From an uncultured Acidobacteriota bacterium (GTDB taxonomy: Bacteria > Acidobacteriota > UBA6911): a stretch of DNA of 64,000 nucleotides. How positions within the stretch are numbered: position 1 is the stretch's first letter; each line of letters begins with the position of its first letter. The notes below the pieces were generated by a model. It did no database searches, was not told where the DNA came from, and saw only the letters and a program-made list of their open reading frames with translations. Of this stretch, positions 11,345 through 22,178 are shown piece after piece. The position numbers and the translations under genes are program-made. The stretch is taken from assembly GCA_963843575.1 (NCBI GenBank), contig CAWJKZ010000013.1:224001-288000 (forward strand). Direction: 5' to 3'.

Positions 11345-12265
11345 ATGCAGATAGAGACACTTAAGGTGTTCTGCGACCTGGTGGAGAGCCGGAGTTTCTC
11401 GCAAGCCGCGGTACGCAACTACGTCACGCAGTCTGCCGTGAGCCAGCAGATTAAGGCGCTGGAGGGCCGGTTCGAGACCCCCCTGCTGGTTCGCGACGGG
11501 CGCTCCGTTTCACCCACCGAAGCCGGGCGCATACTGCACGAAGCCGCACGGGAGATCCTCGACCGGTTCAATTCGGCCAAGCTGGAAATGAAGTCCGTCG
11601 GCCAGGAGATGGCGGGGACCGTCAGGGTGGCCACCATCTACAGCGTCGGGCTTTATGAGTTGTCCCGGGTTGTGAAGGCGTTCCTGAAGACCTATCCGAA
11701 GGTGAACCTGCACGTCGAGTACAGCCGGGCCAACCGGGTGTACGAGGATTGCATCCGCGGGGCGGTCGACCTTGGGATCGTCCCCTACCCGAAGCCGCGC
11801 AAGGGGATCGAGGTCGTCCCCCTGCCCGCGGACAGGTTGATTCTGATCTGCTCCCCCGGACACCCGTTTGCGCGCCAACGCCACGTGAACATTCAGAAGC
11901 TGGACGGCCAGGATTTCGTCGCCTTCGAAAAGGACATCCCGAGCCGCCACGCGATCGATCAGATCCTGCAGGATAACGGCGTACACGTGCACGCGGTCAT
12001 GGAATTCGACAACATCGAAACGATCAAGCGCAGCGTCGAAATCGGCGCGGGCATCTCCATTGTGCCCCAGCTCAGTGTCCAGCGCGAAGTCCAGGCCGGG
12101 TCCCTCGTGCAGGTGAACTTCAGCCGGCAGCACTTCCTGCGGCCTCTGGGCGCCATCCTGAAACACCGGAAGTCCCTGACGCCACCCGTCGAAAAATTCA
12201 TCCAACTGCTCAAGAATCCGAACCAGGAGGCCGGCCGACAGGCAGCCGCCTGCCGAGCTGCGTGA
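11345..12265 (+). CDS. LysR family transcriptional regulator
   Basis: HTH SFSQAA...VTQSAVSQQIKALE; substrate domain EFDNIETIKRSVEIGAGISIVP. Confidence 0.95.
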   Translation: MQIETLKVFCDLVESRSFSQAAVRNYVTQSAVSQQIKALEGRFETPLLVRDGRSVSPTEAGRILHEAAREILDRFNSAKLEMKSVGQEMAGTVRVATIYSVGLYELSRVVKAFLKTYPKVNLHVEYSRANRVYEDCIRGAVDLGIVPYPKPRKGIEVVPLPADRLILICSPGHPFARQRHVNIQKLDGQDFVAFEKDIPSRHAIDQILQDNGVHVHAVMEFDNIETIKRSVEIGAGISIVPQLSVQREVQAGSLVQVNFSRQHFLRPLGAILKHRKSLTPPVEKFIQLLKNPNQEAGRQAAACRAA

Positions 12266-12309
12266 ACCCTGAAGGCCCCTCGAGCGTCTCTAGGTCAGGG
12301 GAGGAAACC

Positions 12310-12702
12310 ATGAAACGGACTTCCGCATTGGGTCTGATTTTGGCGGCGACACTCGGCTGCGCCATTCCGGCTCATGCCGGCGCCTCTCGTTTTTCGTTCG
12401 GGTTCACCGTCGGCCGCGGCGGATCATATTACCACCACCCCTACACTCCGTTCCGGCCATACTATGCGTTTCGCCCCTACTCGTCGGCTTACTTCGGATA
12501 CGGCTCCTATCGCTCGCCTTATCCGTTGGGCTACAGTTCCTATTACTACCGGCCTTACTACCTGGTGCCGCCCGGCAGGTACCTGGCGCCGGCCCGGGTA
12601 TACCGCCCCTATAGAACCCACCGGTTCTATACCGTCCCGGGCCCTGCGCGCGATCGGGGTTACGTCGATTACGCACCCCGGCGATATCGAAGGTCGTGGT
12701 GA
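12310..12702 (+). CDS. Secreted Tyr/Arg/Pro-rich low-complexity protein
   Basis: GGGGAGGA SD, signal peptide ending PAHA, Tyr-rich mature region. Confidence 0.7.
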   Translation: MKRTSALGLILAATLGCAIPAHAGASRFSFGFTVGRGGSYYHHPYTPFRPYYAFRPYSSAYFGYGSYRSPYPLGYSSYYYRPYYLVPPGRYLAPARVYRPYRTHRFYTVPGPARDRGYVDYAPRRYRRSW

Positions 12703-12741
12703 TCCGGCTGCGGCGGCATGCGGATTTGCGCGCCATTTCAC

Positions 12742-12769
12742 TTGACAATCCCGATGGTGACGATAAGAT
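12742..12769 (+). promoter_or_regulatory. sigma70 promoter of the aroF leader
   Basis: TTGACA-N16-TAAGAT. Confidence 0.7.
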
Positions 12770-12794
12770 ACGCCGCGGTGTCGGTGAAGGGCTT

Positions 12795-12905
12795 ATGCGA
12801 AAGTTCGGCTCTCAAAATCGTGATCATGTTCAGGCCGTGAGCCGGCACCTCTCCGTCTTTTTTGGTTTCTTTTATAAGAGCCCATCAGGAGCCGGCGTGG
12901 GCTAG
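12795..12905 (+). CDS. Phe/Tyr-rich attenuator leader peptide (36 aa)
   Basis: [36 protein letters not shown]; FFGFFY codons at 12858-12875; GAAGG SD; lies between the promoter and a terminator upstream of DAHP synthase. Confidence 0.75.
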   Translation: MRKFGSQNRDHVQAVSRHLSVFFGFFYKSPSGAGVG

Positions 12906-12933
12906 TCCTATTCACATCGCAACAGCGAAAGGG

Positions 12934-12972
12934 GCCCACAGCCGGAAACGGTTGTGGGCTTTTTTCTTTTTT
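12934..12972 (+). terminator. Attenuator intrinsic terminator
   Basis: GCCCACAGCCG-GAAA-CGGTTGTGGGC stem followed by a long T tract. Confidence 0.85.
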
Positions 12973-12985
12973 GGGGAGGAACCCG

Positions 12986-14002
12986 ATGATTATCTCGATG
13001 AAACCCGGGGCGTCGAAGGCGGAGATCGAACACGTCTGCGACAAGATCAAGGCGTATGGCTACGTCGCCCACCCGATTTTCGGTGAGACCCGCACCGTGA
13101 TCGGGGCGGTGGGGAGCGGTAACAACCGCAGCGCGCTGCAGGCTCTCGAAGGGGCGCCGGGGGTCGAGAGCGTGGTCTCGATCCGTCAGCCTTTCAAGCT
13201 CGTGGGGCGCGAACTCAAACCGGACCGAACCAGGATTCGGGTGGGTGACGTCGAGTTCGGCGGCAGCCAGTTTGTCGTAATCGCCGGACCTTGTTCGGTC
13301 GAGAGCCGGCAGCAGCTTTTCGACACCGCGGCCGCCGTGCGCGAGTCGGGTGCGACGGTCCTGCGCGGCGGCGCCTACAAGCCGCGGACGTCCCCATACG
13401 ATTTTCAGGGGCTCGAGGAGGAAGGCCTGAAGCTGCTGGCGGAGGCGAGGGCGAAAACGGGCCTGAAAATCTGCACCGAAGTGATCACGACCGAGCAGGT
13501 CGAGCTCGTCGCCGCGTACGCGGACATCCTGCAGATCGGCGCGCGTAACATGCAGAATTTTGCGCTGCTTAAACGGGTTGGGAAGCTCGACAAACCCATC
13601 CTGCTCAAGCGGGGCCTCTCGGCGACGATAAAGGAATTTCTGATGTCCGCTGAGTACATTGCATCCCAGGGGAACTCCGACGTGATTCTCTGCGAACGTG
13701 GCATCCGGACGTTTGAAACGATGACGCGCAACACGCTGGACATCTCGGCGGTGCCGCTCATCAACGAGCTGAGCCACCTGCCCGTGATCGTCGATCCGAG
13801 TCACGCCACGGGTAAGCGCTCCCTGGTCGGCCCGATGGCGCGAAGTTCGGTGGCCGCAGGGGCGGACGGACTGCTGGTCGAGGTGCACCCTAACCCGGAA
13901 GAGGCCTGGTCCGACGGCGCGCAATCCCTCACGTTCGGGGAATTCGCCGGGATGATGGACGGGGTGAAGAAGTACCTCGCGGTCGAGCAGAAACACCTGT
14001 GA
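12986..14002 (+). CDS. aroF: DAHP synthase type I-beta with N-terminal regulatory domain
   Basis: [56 protein letters not shown]; GGGGAGGA SD. Confidence 0.95.
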   Translation: MIISMKPGASKAEIEHVCDKIKAYGYVAHPIFGETRTVIGAVGSGNNRSALQALEGAPGVESVVSIRQPFKLVGRELKPDRTRIRVGDVEFGGSQFVVIAGPCSVESRQQLFDTAAAVRESGATVLRGGAYKPRTSPYDFQGLEEEGLKLLAEARAKTGLKICTEVITTEQVELVAAYADILQIGARNMQNFALLKRVGKLDKPILLKRGLSATIKEFLMSAEYIASQGNSDVILCERGIRTFETMTRNTLDISAVPLINELSHLPVIVDPSHATGKRSLVGPMARSSVAAGADGLLVEVHPNPEEAWSDGAQSLTFGEFAGMMDGVKKYLAVEQKHL

Positions 14003-14100
14003 AAGAACGGCCAAACGCGTTCGGTTGAACAGATCAGGCTTCGACGCCACGCCGAGTTGCGGGGCGCGACCATGCAGCCTCGACCCGCGGTGGCGCCGAA

Positions 14101-14138
14101 GCGCCACCACCAAAGCGGCGTCGAGCCGCCGCACTCCA
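14101..14138. repeat. REP-like palindrome (partial second copy at 45412-45438)
   Basis: GCGCCACCACCAAAGCGGCGTCGAGCCGCCGCACTCCA between convergent genes; GCGCCACCACCAAAGCGGCATCGAGCC recurs at 45412. Confidence 0.55.
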
Positions 14139-14141
14139 GGG

Positions 14142-15839
14142 TTAGAGCCCGGACGTCTTCGCGCCCAGGGCGGCGACGAGGCCGTTGAGATCGACCACTT
14201 CCGTCTTCCGGCCCGCCCGTTCGACCAACTCCGCCTTCCCCTGCTTGAGCTTTTCCGGGCCGATCACGATCCGATAGGGGATCCCGACCAGGTCGGCGTC
14301 CTTGAACTTGACCCCCGGGCGCTCGGTCCGGTCGTCGAGCAGCGTGTCGTAGCCGGCGCGCTCGAGGTCCGCGTAGAGCCGGTCCGCGGCCTCCTTCATC
14401 TCTCCCTTGTAGCCGATTGGCGTGACGACCACGGAAAACGGCGCGATGGACAACGGCCAGACGATCCCGTCGTCATCGTGATAGAGCTCGACCGCCGCGG
14501 CCATAATCCTCTCCAGGCCGATGCCGTAGCTGCCCATGACGACCGGAGTCGGTGCGCCGTCGGCGGTGAGCACCGTCGCCCCCATGGTCTGGGAGTACCT
14601 GGTCCCCAGCTTGAAGATGTGGCCCACCTCCGCCGCTTGGTACACGCGCAACGGCGCGCCACAGAGGACGCACGCCTCGCCGGCTTCGACCATGCGGAGG
14701 TCGACCCAGCGGGGGGCGAAGTGAACCCCGGGCGTCACTCCCCGAAGGTGGTAGTCGGTTCGGTTTGCCCCGCAGGTGAGGTTCTGCCGTCCCTGCAAAG
14801 CCAGGTCCGCATAGACCTCGACGCCGGCGACCCCCACCGGGCCGAGACTCCCCGCGTCCGCGCCCAAGGCGGCCCGGATTTCCTCCGGCTGTGCGGGGCG
14901 CGCCTGCGCCGTTTGGAGCACGGCCAGGGCCTTGGCCTCGTTGAGCTGATGGTCTCCCCGGACGAGGAAGAGGACGGGCTTTTGGCCCGCGACGTACACG
15001 AGGGACTTCATCTGCTGCTCGGGCGGCACGCTCAGGAAGGAAGAGATGTCCGCGATGGTTTTCTTGCCGGGAGTGTGGACCTCGAACGGTTCGGTCGCTC
15101 CCGGTGAGTCGACGACGTCGCGCAGCCGGGACAGCGCGCGCTCCAGGTTGGCCGAGTAGCCGCACGCGCACTCGACGACGGAGTCTTCGCCCGCCTCCAT
15201 CTCGACCATGAACTCCTGCGAGTGGCTGCCGCCCATCGCGCCGGAGCTTGCCTCGACCGCGACGAATCTCAGGCCGCAGCGCTCGTAGATGCGCACGTAG
15301 GCGTCGTAGTGCGCCTGGTAGCTGCGGTCCAGCCCGGCACGGTCGAGGTCGAAGGAATACGAATCCTTCATCGTGAACTGGCGCAGGCGCAGCAAGCCGG
15401 ATTTCGGTCGCGCCTCGTCGCGGAACTTGGTCTGGATCTGGTACCAGATCTGGGGCAGGTCCTTGTACGACCGGATTTCCCTTCGGGCGATTTCCGTGAA
15501 GACCTCCTCGTGTGTCATCCCTAGGCACATGTCCCGGCCGGACCGGTCCCTGAGCCGGAACAGGTTGTCGCCCATGTCCGTCCAGCGGCCCGTTTCCTGC
15601 CACAGGTCGGCGGGATGCAGGGCCGGCAGGAGGAACTCCTGGGCGCCGGCGGCATCCATCTCTTCGCGCACGATCCCGGTTATCTTCAGCATCGTCCGCT
15701 GAGCCAGCGGCAGGTAGGAGTACACTCCGGCGGCGAGTGGCCGGATGAACCCGCCGCGCACCAGCAGCCGGTGCGACGCAAATTCCGCGTCGGCGGGGCT
15801 GTCGCGCAGTGTCGGGATGAAAGTGCGGGACCAGCGCAT
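14142..15839 (-). CDS. proS: Proline--tRNA ligase (bacterial type with editing insertion)
   Basis: [56 protein letters not shown]. Confidence 0.97.
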   Translation of the reverse strand: MRWSRTFIPTLRDSPADAEFASHRLLVRGGFIRPLAAGVYSYLPLAQRTMLKITGIVREEMDAAGAQEFLLPALHPADLWQETGRWTDMGDNLFRLRDRSGRDMCLGMTHEEVFTEIARREIRSYKDLPQIWYQIQTKFRDEARPKSGLLRLRQFTMKDSYSFDLDRAGLDRSYQAHYDAYVRIYERCGLRFVAVEASSGAMGGSHSQEFMVEMEAGEDSVVECACGYSANLERALSRLRDVVDSPGATEPFEVHTPGKKTIADISSFLSVPPEQQMKSLVYVAGQKPVLFLVRGDHQLNEAKALAVLQTAQARPAQPEEIRAALGADAGSLGPVGVAGVEVYADLALQGRQNLTCGANRTDYHLRGVTPGVHFAPRWVDLRMVEAGEACVLCGAPLRVYQAAEVGHIFKLGTRYSQTMGATVLTADGAPTPVVMGSYGIGLERIMAAAVELYHDDDGIVWPLSIAPFSVVVTPIGYKGEMKEAADRLYADLERAGYDTLLDDRTERPGVKFKDADLVGIPYRIVIGPEKLKQGKAELVERAGRKTEVVDLNGLVAALGAKTSGL

Positions 15840-16020
15840 GTCGCCCTCCTCGGGTTTGCTCCGTCGTCGGGTGGGAATGGGGACAGAGGACCTCATTCTA
15901 GGCCGGCGCCGACCGCAGTCAAGGCCCAAGATCACGACAATTTGCGCCGACAGCTCAAAGGCTGGAGACGGTAGGATTTGCCTTTTGTTGCCCGTAACCG
16001 GTTGAGGTAGACTGGACCGG

Positions 16021-16500
16021 ATGAGAGTGGCGCTGGGCAGTGACCATGCAGGCTTCACCCTGAAAGAACGCGTCAAGACGTACCTGGCCGCGGCGGGATA
16101 CGAAATCAACGACGTGGGCACGACCACCCTCGACCGGGTCGACTACCCGGATTACGCCGTCAAGGTCGCCGACGAGGTGCGCCGGGGAAAGGCGGAACGC
16201 GGCATCCTGATGTGCGGCACCGGTGTGGGGGTCTGCATCGTCGCGAACAAGTTCGACGGGATCAGGGCCGCTGCGGTCTGGGACCGCGACATCGCGCGGC
16301 TCAGCCGTCAGCACAATGACGCCAACGTGCTTTGCCTCCCCGGCCGACACATGGATCCGGAGTTTGCCTTGGAACTCGTCGGCGTGTGGATGAGCACCGA
16401 TTTCGAAGGGGGGCGGCACAAAGTGCGCGTCGACAAGATCACCGCCATTGAAATGTGCCGGAGCGCGGCCGGACCCGCGTGCGGAGAAGAGGCGCCATGA
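16021..16500 (+). CDS. rpiB: Ribose 5-phosphate isomerase B
   Basis: GSDHAG, DYPDYA, CGTGVG, HNDANVL, FEGGRH. Confidence 0.96.
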   Translation: MRVALGSDHAGFTLKERVKTYLAAAGYEINDVGTTTLDRVDYPDYAVKVADEVRRGKAERGILMCGTGVGVCIVANKFDGIRAAAVWDRDIARLSRQHNDANVLCLPGRHMDPEFALELVGVWMSTDFEGGRHKVRVDKITAIEMCRSAAGPACGEEAP

Positions 16501-17759
16501 ACGAGCCGCTTGCCCGGGTGGACCCGGAAATCGCCGACGCGATTGCCTGCGAGACCCGCAGGCAGAACGAGGGCCTCGAGCTTATTGCCTCGGAGAACTT
16601 CGTCAGCGAGGCGGTGCTCGAAGCCACCGGTTCGGTGTTTACCAACAAGTACGCCGAAGGGTACCCCGGGAAGCGCTACTACGGCGGATGCGAGTTCGCC
16701 GACCGGGCGGAAACCCTGGCTCGGGAACGAGCGAAAAAACTTTTCGGGGCCGAGCACGCCAACGTTCAGCCCCACTCGGGCACCCAGGCCAACATCGCGG
16801 TCTACATGGCGGTCTGCAAGCCCGGAGACACCATCCTGGGGATGAGCCTGGCTCACGGAGGCCACCTCACCCACGGGCACCCCCTCAATTTTTCCGGCAA
16901 GACGTACCGGGTCCAGTCCTACGGCGTCACCCGAGACGGCGAACGGATCGATTACGACGAACTCGAACGCCTGGCGCGCGAGCACAAGCCCCGGCTGATC
17001 ATCTGCGGCGCAAGCGCTTACCCGCGCACCATCGACTTCGAAAGGATCGGTGAAGTCGCGCGCTCCGTCGGCGCCGTGTCGATGGCGGACATAGCGCACG
17101 TCGCCGGCATGGTCGCCGCCGGCCTGCACCCGAGCCCCTTCCCGCACATGGACTTCGTGACCACCACCACCCACAAGACGCTGCGCGGCCCGCGCGGCGG
17201 GCTGGTGATGTGCCGGCAGGAATTCGCGAAGGAACTGGACCGGTCCCTCTTCCCCGGCACCCAGGGCGGCCCGCTGGTGCATGTCATCGCCGCCAAGGCC
17301 GTCTGCTTCCAGGAAGCGCTGCAGCCTTCATTCGCCGAATACCAGGCCAGGATCCTGGCGAACGCGCGCGCCCTGGCGGAGGCGCTGCTGCGCGAAGGGT
17401 TCCGCCTGATCTCCGGCGGCACCGATAACCACCTGATGCTCGTCGACGTGTTCAGCCGCGGCGTGAGCGGTCGGGACGCGGAACTGGCGCTCGACAAAGC
17501 GCGCATTACCGTCAACAAGAACGCCATCCCATTCGATGTGAACCCGCCCATGGTCGCCAGCGGCATCCGGATCGGCACTCCGGCCGTCACCACGCGTGGC
17601 ATGAAAGAACGCGAGATGGAGCTGATCGGACGGCTCATCGCCAGGGTGCTCAGCTCCCCTGCCGATGCGCTCGTGCACAGGGAAGTCGGCCAGTCGGTCC
17701 TCGACCTCGCTCAGCGGTTCCCGCTCTATCCAGCCAGGCTCGCCGCCTCAGCGATATGA
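16497..17759 (+). CDS. glyA: Serine hydroxymethyltransferase
   Basis: [41 protein letters not shown]; ATGA overlap with rpiB. Confidence 0.98.
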   Translation: MNEPLARVDPEIADAIACETRRQNEGLELIASENFVSEAVLEATGSVFTNKYAEGYPGKRYYGGCEFADRAETLARERAKKLFGAEHANVQPHSGTQANIAVYMAVCKPGDTILGMSLAHGGHLTHGHPLNFSGKTYRVQSYGVTRDGERIDYDELERLAREHKPRLIICGASAYPRTIDFERIGEVARSVGAVSMADIAHVAGMVAAGLHPSPFPHMDFVTTTTHKTLRGPRGGLVMCRQEFAKELDRSLFPGTQGGPLVHVIAAKAVCFQEALQPSFAEYQARILANARALAEALLREGFRLISGGTDNHLMLVDVFSRGVSGRDAELALDKARITVNKNAIPFDVNPPMVASGIRIGTPAVTTRGMKEREMELIGRLIARVLSSPADALVHREVGQSVLDLAQRFPLYPARLAASAI

Positions 17760-17820
17760 CGGAAACGCGCCCGGCGGAGAGACTCGGCGTCTCCGGGACC
17801 TGTTTCTTGGTCGACTTGCA

Positions 17821-19770
17821 ATGATCTCACCCGACACGCTCGACCAAGTCCTGGGCCCGGAAGGCAGCATCGCCCGCAATCACCCGAACTACGAGTATAG
17901 GCCCGGCCAGATCCGCATGGCCCGCGCCGTCGCCCAGGCCATGGGCCAGGGACGCCACCTTTGTGTCGAAGCCGGCACCGGCACGGGCAAGACCCTCGCC
18001 TATCTGCTCCCTGCCCTGTTCAGCAGCAAGCGGGTGATCGTTTCGACCGGGACGAGGAACCTCCAGGAGCAGATTTTTTTCAAGGACATTCCCTTCCTGG
18101 AAAACGCGCTCGGACGCAAGCTCTCCGTCTGCTACATGAAAGGGCGCAGCAATTACCTGTGCCTCAAGAAGCTGTCGGAGATGGAAGGGGCGCAGTACCT
18201 CTTTTCCCCACACGACCCTGATTACCTGGCCGCCATACGGGATTGGTCTCGTTCCACCCAGACAGGCGACCGTTCTGAGCTGACGGACCTTCCCGACGAC
18301 GTCGCGCTCTGGCATCACCTCGACGCGCGACGCGAAACGTGCAGCGGGCAGCTGTGCCCCGATTTCGCGCAGTGTTTCGTGACGAAAGTACGCCAGCGGG
18401 CCCTCCAGTCCGATCTTGTCATCGTCAACCACCACCTCTTCTTTGCGGACCTCTCGCTGCGCCAGGGGGACTTCGGCGCCGTGCTGCCGGACTACTCGGT
18501 CGTCATTTTCGACGAGGCGCACGAGCTCGAGGACGTCGCCACGCAATACTTCGGTGTCGGCGTGAGCAACTACCGGTTCGAGGAGTTTGCCCGCGACGCG
18601 GCCAAGATCCTCCGTGAAACCGAGTCACGCTCGGAGTTCCTCGAACAGCAGCTCGAAAGGCTTGCCGGCCGGTCGATCGAATTCTTCGGGAAGTTCAAGT
18701 CGCGCGAGGGGCGCTTCGCAATGCACGACCTGGGCTCCGGCCTCGACCTGCGCCGCGGACCGACACCCGACGACAGCGTCAGCGCCTCCTACCGCGAGCT
18801 GCTTGCCCAGCTTGCGACGATGGAGGCCGGGCTCGCCAACATACCGACCCGCAGCGATGCTCTCGACGCCCTTGTGCGCCGCGCCGGCGAGATTCGGCGG
18901 GACCTGAGTTTCGTGTTCGAATCGCCGTCGGGCCAAAACGTCTACTGGTACGAGCTGCGCGGCCGGGGCGTGTTCGCCTGGGCCTCCCCCATCCAGATCT
19001 CCTCGGTCCTGGCCGAACGCCTGTTCGCCAGGATCGAGTGCGCCATCCTGACGTCCGCCACCCTGGCGACGGGCGGCGACTTCCGGTTCATCCGCTCCAG
19101 GCTCGGCGTAGAACACGCCGACGAGCTGATCGTCGGTTCGGATTTCGATTTCGGACGGCAGGCAATCCTCTATGTCCCGCGCGACATCCCGGAGCCGCGC
19201 GAGGAAGGCTGGCTGCCCGCAGCGTGCCGCCAGCTCGAGAGAATACTCGCCGCGAGCCAGGGGCGGGCGTTTGTGCTCTTCACGAGCTACGCCCAGATGG
19301 AGCTCGTATACAACGCGCTGCGCGGCAGGCTCGGATACCCCGTGCTGCTGCAGGGAACCAGGAGCAGGTCCGGTCTCCTCGATACCTTTCGCACCACGCC
19401 GCACGCGGTCCTGTTCGGCACCAGCAGCTTCTGGCAAGGCGTCGACGTGCAGGGCGAAGCGCTGAGCTGCGTCGTCATCGACAAACTCCCGTTCTCTGTG
19501 CCGAGTGACCCGGTCGTCGCTGCCAGAATCCGGCACGTCAACGAGACAGGTGGCAACGCCTTCTACGAATACCAGATTCCCGAAGCGATCATCCTCCTCA
19601 AGCAGGGATTTGGGCGGCTCATCCGCAGCCGCAGCGATCGCGGCATCCTGGCCCTGCTCGATAAGAGGGTGCTAACGAAACGGTATGGCCGGACCTTCCT
19701 GGAAAGCCTCCCCCCAGCCCCGCTGACCCACGATCCGGAAGCGTTGAGCAACTTTTTCCGGAAACAATAA
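17821..19770 (+). CDS. DinG/YoaA family ATP-dependent DNA helicase
   Basis: EAGTGTGKT, KGRSNYLC and further Fe-S cysteines, DEAH, TSATL, QGFGRLIRS. Confidence 0.93.
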   Translation: MISPDTLDQVLGPEGSIARNHPNYEYRPGQIRMARAVAQAMGQGRHLCVEAGTGTGKTLAYLLPALFSSKRVIVSTGTRNLQEQIFFKDIPFLENALGRKLSVCYMKGRSNYLCLKKLSEMEGAQYLFSPHDPDYLAAIRDWSRSTQTGDRSELTDLPDDVALWHHLDARRETCSGQLCPDFAQCFVTKVRQRALQSDLVIVNHHLFFADLSLRQGDFGAVLPDYSVVIFDEAHELEDVATQYFGVGVSNYRFEEFARDAAKILRETESRSEFLEQQLERLAGRSIEFFGKFKSREGRFAMHDLGSGLDLRRGPTPDDSVSASYRELLAQLATMEAGLANIPTRSDALDALVRRAGEIRRDLSFVFESPSGQNVYWYELRGRGVFAWASPIQISSVLAERLFARIECAILTSATLATGGDFRFIRSRLGVEHADELIVGSDFDFGRQAILYVPRDIPEPREEGWLPAACRQLERILAASQGRAFVLFTSYAQMELVYNALRGRLGYPVLLQGTRSRSGLLDTFRTTPHAVLFGTSSFWQGVDVQGEALSCVVIDKLPFSVPSDPVVAARIRHVNETGGNAFYEYQIPEAIILLKQGFGRLIRSRSDRGILALLDKRVLTKRYGRTFLESLPPAPLTHDPEALSNFFRKQ

Positions 19771-19842
19771 TCGTATCCGGATAGAAACGGATGGAAAAAG
19801 TAACGTGGGGAGGCAGCCCGTGAAAAGACCGCAACCGCTTGG

Positions 19843-19872
19843 TTGACAGGTTGTCCAAGGCGGTCATACAAT
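19843..19872 (+). promoter_or_regulatory. sigma70 promoter
   Basis: TTGACA-N18-TACAAT upstream of the TPR gene. Confidence 0.6.
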
Positions 19873-19929
19873 GGGGGCATGCAATTCTAAACCTAGACTT
19901 CTCATATGGATACTTTGCAAGGAGGACAC

Positions 19930-20928
19930 ATGCATAAGTTATTCATGCGGTTCAGTCTTGCCGTAGCCGCACTCGCGATGGTCGCGGTGCCGCTCATGGC
20001 GCAAAACCGCATCATCAAGGGTAAGGTAACCAACGACAAGGACGAGCCCGTGCAGGGCGCCAACATCCTTATCCAGGGGACGGATGTGAAGCGCGAATAC
20101 ACCGTCAAAACCGACAAAAAGGGCGAGTACTTCTACATGGGAATCCCCTTCGGTGAATACCGGGTGATCGCGCGTGCGCAAGGCTATCAGCCCGATTTCG
20201 CTCAGGGCGTGCGGCCGAACATATCGCAGGAAACCGACGTCAACTTCAAGCTGAATCCGGGGACGGACCGCAAACTGCCCTTCGAGATGTCGTCCCAGGA
20301 ACTCGAGAAGCTGAAAGAGGAGGCTGCCAAGGCCCAGAAGCAAAAGCAGGCCTCGGCCGAGGTCAAGGGCTTTTTCGAAGGCGGCCTCGCCCTTGCCTCG
20401 CAGGGCAAGTACGCGGAAGCCATCGCGGAGTACAACAAAGCCCTCGAGAAAGACGCCGAACAGCCGTACATTCACGCCAACCTGGCCGACGCCCTGTCGA
20501 AGATCGACAAGCTCCCCGAAGCTCTCGCGGAGTACCAGAAGGCGATCGCGATAAAGCCTGACGACGCCGCGATGTACACCAACATGGGCGTGCTGCTGGG
20601 CAAGATGGGCAAGACGGCCGAATCGCAGGAGGCCTTCAAGAAGGCAGCGTCGGTGAACCCCGCGGCCGCGGGCCAGAATTTCTATAACCTCGGCGCCACG
20701 CTGGTCAACAGCGGCCGCGCCGCCGAGGCTGCCGATGCGTTCAAGCAGGCGATTGCGGCCGACCCCAATTTTGCCGAGGCATACTACCAGCTGGGGCTGT
20801 GCCTCTCCGGTTCGCCGGCGAGCATGCCGGAGGCCGTCAAAGCACTGCAGAAGTACATCGAGATCGGGAAGAACGCCGAGCAGATCGAGGTGTCAAAACA
20901 GCTGCTGACGGTCTTGCAGAAGAAGTAG
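19930..20928 (+). CDS. Secreted carboxypeptidase-regulatory-like domain + TPR protein
   Basis: AGGAGG SD, signal peptide, IKGKVT..GANI..TDKKGEY beta domain, TPR repeats. Confidence 0.88.
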   Translation: MHKLFMRFSLAVAALAMVAVPLMAQNRIIKGKVTNDKDEPVQGANILIQGTDVKREYTVKTDKKGEYFYMGIPFGEYRVIARAQGYQPDFAQGVRPNISQETDVNFKLNPGTDRKLPFEMSSQELEKLKEEAAKAQKQKQASAEVKGFFEGGLALASQGKYAEAIAEYNKALEKDAEQPYIHANLADALSKIDKLPEALAEYQKAIAIKPDDAAMYTNMGVLLGKMGKTAESQEAFKKAASVNPAAAGQNFYNLGATLVNSGRAAEAADAFKQAIAADPNFAEAYYQLGLCLSGSPASMPEAVKALQKYIEIGKNAEQIEVSKQLLTVLQKK

Positions 20929-20940
20929 GAAGGACTTGCC

Positions 20941-20986
20941 CCGGGCGCGGATCGCGGAGCAGCGGCGAACCGCGCCCGGCTTTTTT
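20941..20986 (+). terminator. Intrinsic terminator
   Basis: CCGGGCGCGG...CCGCGCCCGG stem followed by TTTTTT. Confidence 0.7.
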
Positions 20987-21687
20987 CAGCGTGCGAAGAG
21001 GCGCTCGGCGCGGCGACACCCCACGTCCGCGAGGCTCTGCAGCGCGGAAAGCGCGGATTCGGCCACGACCGGGTTGCGGTCGCCCGTCAGCTCGTACATG
21101 CGCTCGAGGATCGAGTCCTCGATGTCGTTGGGCCTGTGCCAGAACGCCACGGATAGCTCGGAGAGAGACTGCGCCTGCAGTTCGCCTTCCTGATGCCCGG
21201 TCAGCTCAAACAGGGCCTCCAGGGAACGCGTGCCCCCCTGTTGGGCGATGGCGCCAAGCGACTCGATTATCCACTTTCGCATCCGCGCCATCTCGGCCGA
21301 CTGTTCCGGGGATTTGACCACCGGCAGGAAGAAGTCGACGGCGTCGTCGTCGCCGATCGCGCCGATAGCTTCGATGATGGCGATCTGAAATTCCTCGATC
21401 CCGAATCCCTTCACCGCGCGAGACTCCGCGAACGCCTTCTTCAGGGGTTCAAGAAACTCCTTGTCCCCCATGGCACCCATCGCGTAGGCCGCGAACTCTC
21501 TTTTTTTTGCGTCTTTGTCGAGCAGGAGTTTGGTCAGAGGACCGTGGAACCGACTGTCGCGGAGAACACCGATACGGGGGATTATCTCGAAGAGATCCTC
21601 GATGTCTCCGGACTCCATGATGTGGAGACATTCCTGAATCATCTCTTCTGAAAAGCGAGGGGTCTTCTTGGAAGCCGATTTGCTCAA
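20986..21687 (-). CDS. HEAT/PBS-lyase-like repeat protein
   Basis: Repeated AAYAMGAMG, IIEAIGAIG, IIESLGAIA helical motifs. Confidence 0.8.
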   Translation of the reverse strand: MSKSASKKTPRFSEEMIQECLHIMESGDIEDLFEIIPRIGVLRDSRFHGPLTKLLLDKDAKKREFAAYAMGAMGDKEFLEPLKKAFAESRAVKGFGIEEFQIAIIEAIGAIGDDDAVDFFLPVVKSPEQSAEMARMRKWIIESLGAIAQQGGTRSLEALFELTGHQEGELQAQSLSELSVAFWHRPNDIEDSILERMYELTGDRNPVVAESALSALQSLADVGCRRAERLFAR

Positions 21688-21847
21688 ATCAACAACTCTC
21701 GCCTTGGCAAAGGGCCGAAAAGCCCCTCTGCGCCCAAAAACTCATTATATTCCCGGTTGTCCTGATTTCAATATGATTGATAGGAATCCTCTGCAGTTCA
21801 GACAGTGCGCAGGCGACTCAAAATCCCTCGGACGCGGACCAACGCTG

Positions 21848-22024
21848 GCAAAGCTCGACGGGGCACCCTGGATGCCGCGCGGCGGCCGGCGCAAAGCGCC
21901 GGGTGGTTCTCCGGGGTGGGCTGGCGGCAAGCGGAGCTCGGAGCGCGGGTCCGGCCTGGCACGAGAGCGTTTGCCGCCAGCCCACCCCGGAGAACCACAT
22001 CCAGAGCGCCCCGTCGAGCTTTGC
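21848..22024. repeat. Long nested inverted repeat (hairpin element)
   Basis: Outer arms GCAAAGCTCGACGGGGC../..GCCCCGTCGAGCTTTGC; inner arms GTGGTTCTCCGGGGTGGGCTGGCGGCAA / TTGCCGCCAGCCCACCCCGGAGAACCAC. Confidence 0.8.
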
Positions 22025-22045
22025 ACACGGATCAAAGCAAACTTA

Positions 22046-22085
22046 GGGTTCGCGCAAGAATATTTTCACATTTTGGCGCGAGCAC
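22046..22085. mobile_element. Truncated MITE end (family A TIR)
   Basis: GGGTTCGCGCAAGAATATTTTCACATTTTG matches the MITE A termini; flanked by TTA and TAA. Confidence 0.65.
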
Positions 22086-22178
22086 TAAGCTAGAACGTAA
22101 ATCCGCGAGAATCCGCGTTCCAGGAAGTTTGCAGGATCCGCGCCTTGCAGCGGGGACGCAGGACGAGCATCAGGGCGG

